From IMG/VR virus record IMGVR_UViG_3300020416_000007: a stretch of DNA of 20,000 nt; one strand, given 5' to 3'. The notes under the pieces were generated by a model. That model was not told the origin of the DNA. It saw only the letters and a program-made list of their open reading frames with translations, and ran no database searches. This stretch comes from an uncultured virus (IMG/VR IMGVR_UViG_3300020416_000007). Lineage: Duplodnaviria > Heunggongvirae > Uroviricota > Caudoviricetes. Every line of letters begins with the position of its first letter. Positions within the stretch are counted from its first letter, which is position 1. Shown piece by piece: positions 15,969-20,000 of the stretch. A program made the position numbers and the translations under genes.

Positions 15969-15997
15969 TTTACAATGCCGTCAAATTATGTTATAAT
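15969..15997 (+). promoter_or_regulatory. Early/sigma70 promoter for tmRNA
   Basis: TTTACA (15969-15974), 17 nt, extended TG-n-TATAAT (15992-15997). Confidence 0.75.
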
Positions 15998-15998
15998 A

Positions 15999-16006
15999 TA
16001 TAAATA
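15999..16006 (+). promoter_or_regulatory. T4-type late promoter for tmRNA
   Basis: Perfect TATAAATA immediately upstream of the tmRNA acceptor piece. Confidence 0.75.
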
Positions 16007-16009
16007 CGA

Positions 16010-16253
16010 ATGTAGATGTTAGAGGATATTCTGGACCTGGGGGCGGTACCCAGCACCTCCACCAAATTTACTTTGTAGAGTAAAAATCAATAATTTACTT
16101 TGTAGAGTAAATTTGATGGGGGTGAAACAGGATCGACAGGTATTTTAGTCTACGAAACATAACTGCAAACGATAACTTTGCACCATCTGGTTACGCCCTA
16201 GCGGCCTAACACAGGGGGCTGGCGGCTTGCCTAGCAACAGAAAAGTCGCACCA
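16010..16253 (+). ncRNA. ssrA: Circularly permuted two-piece tmRNA (alphaproteobacterial type), tag ANDNFAPSGYALAA
   Basis: Acceptor piece has T-arm CTGGG-GGCGGTA-CCCAG and ends CACCTCC-A-CCA at 16064. Coding piece starts GGGGGTG at 16118, giving a 7-bp acceptor stem with G3.U70, then AAACAGGATCGAC. Tag ORF 16165-16209. 3' pseudoknot GCTGG/CTAGC plus GCGGCTT/AAGTCGC. Confidence 0.95.
16065..16111 (+). repeat. Two exact 20-nt direct repeats in the tmRNA intervening segment
   Basis: AATTTACTTTGTAGAGTAAA at 16065-16084 and 16092-16111. Each copy is an imperfect palindrome. Confidence 0.92.
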
Positions 16254-16304
16254 ATTTATTGAGGAAATTTTGAAGATGATAAATAGTAACAAACAGGAGG
16301 ATAT

Positions 16305-16940
16305 ATGGAATTTTTAGGCTGGGGTTTTTTGTGGTATCTTTTGATAGCTCATGTTTCAGTATCAGCTGGGTTACATCGATACTTTGCGCATAAAGCATTT
16401 AAAGCGCATTGGCTTTATGAGATATTTGTTCTATGGACAACTAACCTAATTGGATTAAGAAGTCCTATTGGATGGATTGGTGTACATCGTATGCATCACC
16501 ATCACTCAGACACAGAACTTGATCCGCATTCTCCATTAAAGGTAGGATTTTGGAAGGTTCTATTTGGAATATGGAAAGTAGAGCATATTCCACCAAAATA
16601 TGTAAAAGATTTGTATGCGAATCCTCGTATTCTTTTCTTCCATAAATACTGGCATATCATCTGGGGTGTTCAAGCATTAATTGCTTTAGCAATCAGTTGG
16701 CAGGTGCTAGTAGCTTATACAGTAATTCCTTCGGTATGCGCTCTAATTGGCTTTGGTCTCGTGAATGGCGTTTGCCATATAGGCGGCAAGTCTCGCAACG
16801 TTCCAGCAATTAATGTGATGACAGCTGGCGAAGGGTATCATGCTGAACATCATAAAGGAAAGAATTTGAGATTCCATCGTTTCGATCAAACTGGAGCAGT
16901 ATTAGAATGGTTGATGAAAAGACAGATGATCGCAAAATAA
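16305..16940 (+). CDS. Membrane fatty acid desaturase (delta-9-like)
   Basis: His boxes GLHRYFAH, HRMHHHHSD (followed by DPHSP), GEGYHAEHH. Hydrophobic segments, AGGAGG RBS. Confidence 0.9.
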   Translation: MEFLGWGFLWYLLIAHVSVSAGLHRYFAHKAFKAHWLYEIFVLWTTNLIGLRSPIGWIGVHRMHHHHSDTELDPHSPLKVGFWKVLFGIWKVEHIPPKYVKDLYANPRILFFHKYWHIIWGVQALIALAISWQVLVAYTVIPSVCALIGFGLVNGVCHIGGKSRNVPAINVMTAGEGYHAEHHKGKNLRFHRFDQTGAVLEWLMKRQMIAK

Positions 16941-17518
16941 AAGACATGAAAGGCTATGATAGCCGAGTAGGTGAAAGAGATCAATATGCAATGAGATCTA
17001 GCCCGCACCACGGAAGAAAGAATTATCCGTGGACACTGGCCACAAAGTTTTGCGATATTCCTCCAGATGTTTATAGAGAAATATTACAAGAAGCAAAGTC
17101 TGCCACATATGAGCCTTACTTTGCTTTTAACTTTGCATATGTCACTCATCCATGGGCTCTTGAAATCGTAGAAAAATACGATGAGATATATGGATGTTTA
17201 TTTCTTAAGATAGACGGTGGAGCTGACGTCCTACCTCATTGTGACCCAGTAAGAGCAAGCAGTATTATTGCACCTATGTGTTATGAGGATGAAGTATATA
17301 CTCCTCTTGAAATATATTCAGATGAAACAATTTATTCTATAGGAAAGACTGAGGCCGGTTCAGCCTGGGCTTGGAACTGCAGACAACCACATGCAGTGTT
17401 TAATCAAAGACATGACGACAGAGTAAATCTGCAGTTTAATATCAGCGTATCTTATAGAGAATTTTATGAAAAACATTTAAACCCAGAACCTAGGATAAAA
17501 TTCGAAACACCAAAATGA
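16907..17518 (+). CDS. 2OG-Fe(II) oxygenase-like (double-stranded beta-helix) protein
   Basis: VLPHCD (HxD), distal PHAVFN and RVNLQF. Start uncertain. Confidence 0.68.
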   Translation: MVDEKTDDRKIKDMKGYDSRVGERDQYAMRSSPHHGRKNYPWTLATKFCDIPPDVYREILQEAKSATYEPYFAFNFAYVTHPWALEIVEKYDEIYGCLFLKIDGGADVLPHCDPVRASSIIAPMCYEDEVYTPLEIYSDETIYSIGKTEAGSAWAWNCRQPHAVFNQRHDDRVNLQFNISVSYREFYEKHLNPEPRIKFETPK

Positions 17519-18162
17519 AAATCTATCTTGACTATGATGTAAGAAAATATTTTGAGCGTATGGTTCCATTAAAAGGAAAGCGCGTGGTTGACTGGGGATG
17601 CAATCATGGAAACATGCTTAAGTATCAGCCATGCGATTTTGAGTACGTGGGCGTTGATGTTGATTGGGAACTTATAGAAGAAAATCGACATATTTGGCCA
17701 GAACATGAATGGCACCACTTAGATGCTTACAATCATCAGTATTGGCAAAGTGGTAAAGATGAAGAATTAGATCTGCCTGCCGACGTAACATTAATGTTTT
17801 CAATCTTTACGCATATGACTATATCTGAAATGAAAAGATATCTTCAAAAAATTCAATCACCATTATACTCAACATTCATTCCTACGGATGACGAGACTAT
17901 GTTAAGGCGAGCACTCAACTATAGATTAAAAGATAGACCCGACGTTTTTGAACAGGTTTATAATAAAGAATATGCCTATGTTGTCGCGACACCAGAAGAT
18001 GTAATGGTGTATGAAGGACTTGAAGATATACCACGTATGAATAATGTTTGGTATTTTTTAGTTGCCCACCACATGGACTATATGAAACAGTTTGGCGAAG
18101 TGATACCAACAGATTATGAAACCGGAATAGAGAGTACACAGCATTGCTTATACAGAAAATAG
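17515..18162 (+). CDS. Class I SAM-dependent methyltransferase
   Basis: VVDWGCNHGN motif I, YVGVDVD motif II, FSIFTHM. Confidence 0.78.
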   Translation: MKIYLDYDVRKYFERMVPLKGKRVVDWGCNHGNMLKYQPCDFEYVGVDVDWELIEENRHIWPEHEWHHLDAYNHQYWQSGKDEELDLPADVTLMFSIFTHMTISEMKRYLQKIQSPLYSTFIPTDDETMLRRALNYRLKDRPDVFEQVYNKEYAYVVATPEDVMVYEGLEDIPRMNNVWYFLVAHHMDYMKQFGEVIPTDYETGIESTQHCLYRK

Positions 18163-18677
18163 ATGATTGGCTATACACGCCTATGCCTACTGCAAATGAT
18201 ACTCGGCCAGCAGAAGTATGGACAAGAAAAACAACTGACTATGATCTTGTTGAGATAGAAGCGTGTATGTACGCTGTAAAAGACGATCATTATTTGATCG
18301 ATAATTATAAAATAGAACAGATTGAAAATTTGCATACGATATCTATAATGAGAAGAGACGATAGGATAGTCGGCTTCTCGGGTGTGATGGATATTAAACT
18401 CGGTTCTAGAATTTTGTCACGGTTATATCAAACACCAGACAATAGAGTTCAGTTTACTCGTGAACTTTTAAGACCAACTATTCATGCAATGCTTGAACAC
18501 CAATCTTTGCTTGTAGAAAAGAATGCTATTATTTCTAGAGAAAAAAGGCAAGCAAATTATTTTAAAAGATTTGTTGGAGCAATAAATAAAAAGAGCACAC
18601 GCAAATGGAAACTTACTGCTGAACTGTATGAAACGGTGCCGAACTCTTGGCAGTATATAGCTTGGAGAGAAGAATGA
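18144..18677 (+). CDS. Hypothetical protein, possible GNAT-fold acyltransferase
   Basis: DDRIVGFSGV strand followed by RILSRLY-x-x-P-x-x-R, resembling GNAT motif A. Confidence 0.5.
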   Translation: MLIQKIDDWLYTPMPTANDTRPAEVWTRKTTDYDLVEIEACMYAVKDDHYLIDNYKIEQIENLHTISIMRRDDRIVGFSGVMDIKLGSRILSRLYQTPDNRVQFTRELLRPTIHAMLEHQSLLVEKNAIISREKRQANYFKRFVGAINKKSTRKWKLTAELYETVPNSWQYIAWREE

Positions 18678-19180
18678 AACAATATGGAATACAAACAGAT
18701 GTAAATCTTGGAATGGAATTTTTCCAAGAATATTATGATAAATTAGAATATGTGGAATCATTTGAGCATTATGGAGAAAAGATTCCTGAATGTACAGGCG
18801 GAGAACTGATGAAACAGTTTTACGTAAAGCACATTCCGCCAGAAATGCATGATACGAAACTCAGAAGGTTTGTTCTGTCTCAATTCAAAAAATATGGTAT
18901 TAGAACAAAAGATTTTAGGCTTGATTTCTTTTTAGTAAAGAAAGGTGGTAGCATGCCTCCTCATGCCGATGTACATTCTGAGATTGCTTTCCTTATGCCG
19001 TTGTCTAAAAATACTGGTGCTCTTGGTATTAAAGATGATGATGGTGAGGTACGAGTGATGTACAATAATATGTTTATTCTAAACACAAAGAAAGTTCATT
19101 GGGTAGAAGAGCCAACAGAAGATCGTTTGCTATTTAGATTGGCAGTACACGATTTTCCATATACAGAAATGAATATTTAA
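18674..19180 (+). CDS. 2OG-Fe(II) oxygenase-like protein
   Basis: GGSMPPHAD (HxD), LNTKKVHWV distal His, DRLLFRL. ATGA overlap at 18674. Confidence 0.7.
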   Translation: MKQYGIQTDVNLGMEFFQEYYDKLEYVESFEHYGEKIPECTGGELMKQFYVKHIPPEMHDTKLRRFVLSQFKKYGIRTKDFRLDFFLVKKGGSMPPHADVHSEIAFLMPLSKNTGALGIKDDDGEVRVMYNNMFILNTKKVHWVEEPTEDRLLFRLAVHDFPYTEMNI

Positions 19181-20000
19181 TGGAAATAAGTTTTGATGAT
19201 AACGGATGGACTTTACGAGTTCATAACCCTATTACGTCTCTAACTGATGATGAGATAATTGAAGTAGCTCGACTACTATCAAAACAAACTGTCGTGGTTT
19301 TTCCTGAGCCAGAATTTATAGAGCCAGCAGAACAGCTACGTATTGCCGAGGTGATTGGCAATGTAATGAAAGCAAAAGATAAAAAGAGAACACACAGCAT
19401 TTATTTGCATGAAGGTGTTATCAGGGTTACAGGTAAGAAAGATGATAAAGGCGAGCCAGGATTATTTGGACACGCAAGCGCTTTAGAATGGCATGCCAAT
19501 ATGGCAAGTAATAAAGCAAGACAGCCTATTGTTTGGATGTATGGTGCAGAGCACATGGAAGGCTCTAGAACAAGCTTTATTAATATGGCAAAAGTCTATG
19601 AAGGTATGTCAGAAAACCTGAAAAAATCTATTACAAATTTAAAATGCTATTTTGGATATGAAAAAGGAAGATATAGTACAACACCTTGGTTTCACGATCA
19701 CGTAAATAAGAAAAATCTTTTTGATCTAGTTATGACTACCGAAGCCGGAATTACTGGATTATATTATCCATTTTATCAGGTATTCGGTATGGATGGTTTA
19801 AATGAAAATGAGTTTCAAGAAGTACACTCAGAATTAGTTCACCAAATTTTAAAAGATGAATCCTATGCTTACCACCATGATTGGGTAGATGGACAAATTA
19901 TTTTATCAGATCAATGGATGAGCATTCATAAGAGATGGGAATTTGATAGAATGGAAGAAAGGGTTCTTCATAGAATTGCACTAGATTACGGCAATGTGTA
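19180..20000 (+). CDS. TauD/TfdA-family dioxygenase (runs off the window end, near its C-terminus)
   Basis: Translated manually from ATG 19180 (TAATG overlap): MEISFDDNGW...VVVF...EQ...LEWHAN...GSRTSFINM...HDWVDGQIILSDQWMSIHKR...RVLHRI. Confidence 0.85.
   Translation, partial: MEISFDDNGWTLRVHNPITSLTDDEIIEVARLLSKQTVVVFPEPEFIEPAEQLRIAEVIGNVMKAKDKKRTHSIYLHEGVIRVTGKKDDKGEPGLFGHASALEWHANMASNKARQPIVWMYGAEHMEGSRTSFINMAKVYEGMSENLKKSITNLKCYFGYEKGRYSTTPWFHDHVNKKNLFDLVMTTEAGITGLYYPFYQVFGMDGLNENEFQEVHSELVHQILKDESYAYHHDWVDGQIILSDQWMSIHKRWEFDRMEERVLHRIALDYGNV

Noticed and set aside
14463..15996. Plus-strand ORFs 14463-14651, 14696-14920 and 15736-15996
   Set aside because: Antisense shadows of the coupled minus-strand operon
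16034..16064. Stand-alone tRNA ending in CCA
   Set aside because: No anticodon or D arm upstream. The pairing 5' strand lies downstream at 16118, so this is the acceptor piece of the permuted tmRNA
16065..16111. Possible mini-CRISPR array
   Set aside because: Only two 20-nt repeats with a 7-nt spacer, no cas genes, and it lies inside the tmRNA intervening segment
16907..19180. 2OG-Fe(II) proteins as TET/JBP partners of the C5-MTase
   Set aside because: They are about 12 kb away in a different operon, are short, and show no recognisable TET/JBP-specific features by eye

Overview
AT-rich, densely packed segment of a T4-like (Tevenvirinae-related, probably marine) myophage genome. The permuted tmRNA suggests an alphaproteobacterial host. 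Left part (+ strand): a DNA-modification cluster with dCMP deaminase, a small UDG-superfamily protein, a T4 alpha-glucosyltransferase homolog, UDP-glucuronate 4-epimerase, a short UDP-glucose 6-dehydrogenase and a divergent C5-cytosine methyltransferase. It is followed by the replication core (uvsX, gp40-like, an APS-kinase-like/nucleotidyltransferase pair, gp41 helicase), a HAD phosphomannomutase, thyX, small ORFs, a SleB-type cell wall hydrolase, a DUF3310-like gene and a PagP-like beta-barrel. Middle (- strand, 12087-15926): an 8-gene operon behind a TATAAATA late promoter, in which all products have signal peptides or membrane anchors, including a Csu/SCPU-like pilin and a chaperone-like Ig protein. 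Next is a compact two-piece tmRNA (tag ANDNFAPSGYALAA). Right end: a coupled enzyme operon with a desaturase, two 2OG-Fe(II)-like oxygenases, a SAM methyltransferase, a GNAT-like protein and a TauD-like dioxygenase. Best candidates for undescribed systems: (1) uronic-acid glycosylation of phage DNA, (2) a phage-encoded pilus-like/envelope assembly operon, (3) the oxygenase tailoring cluster. All calls rest on motif recognition by eye; no database searches were run.
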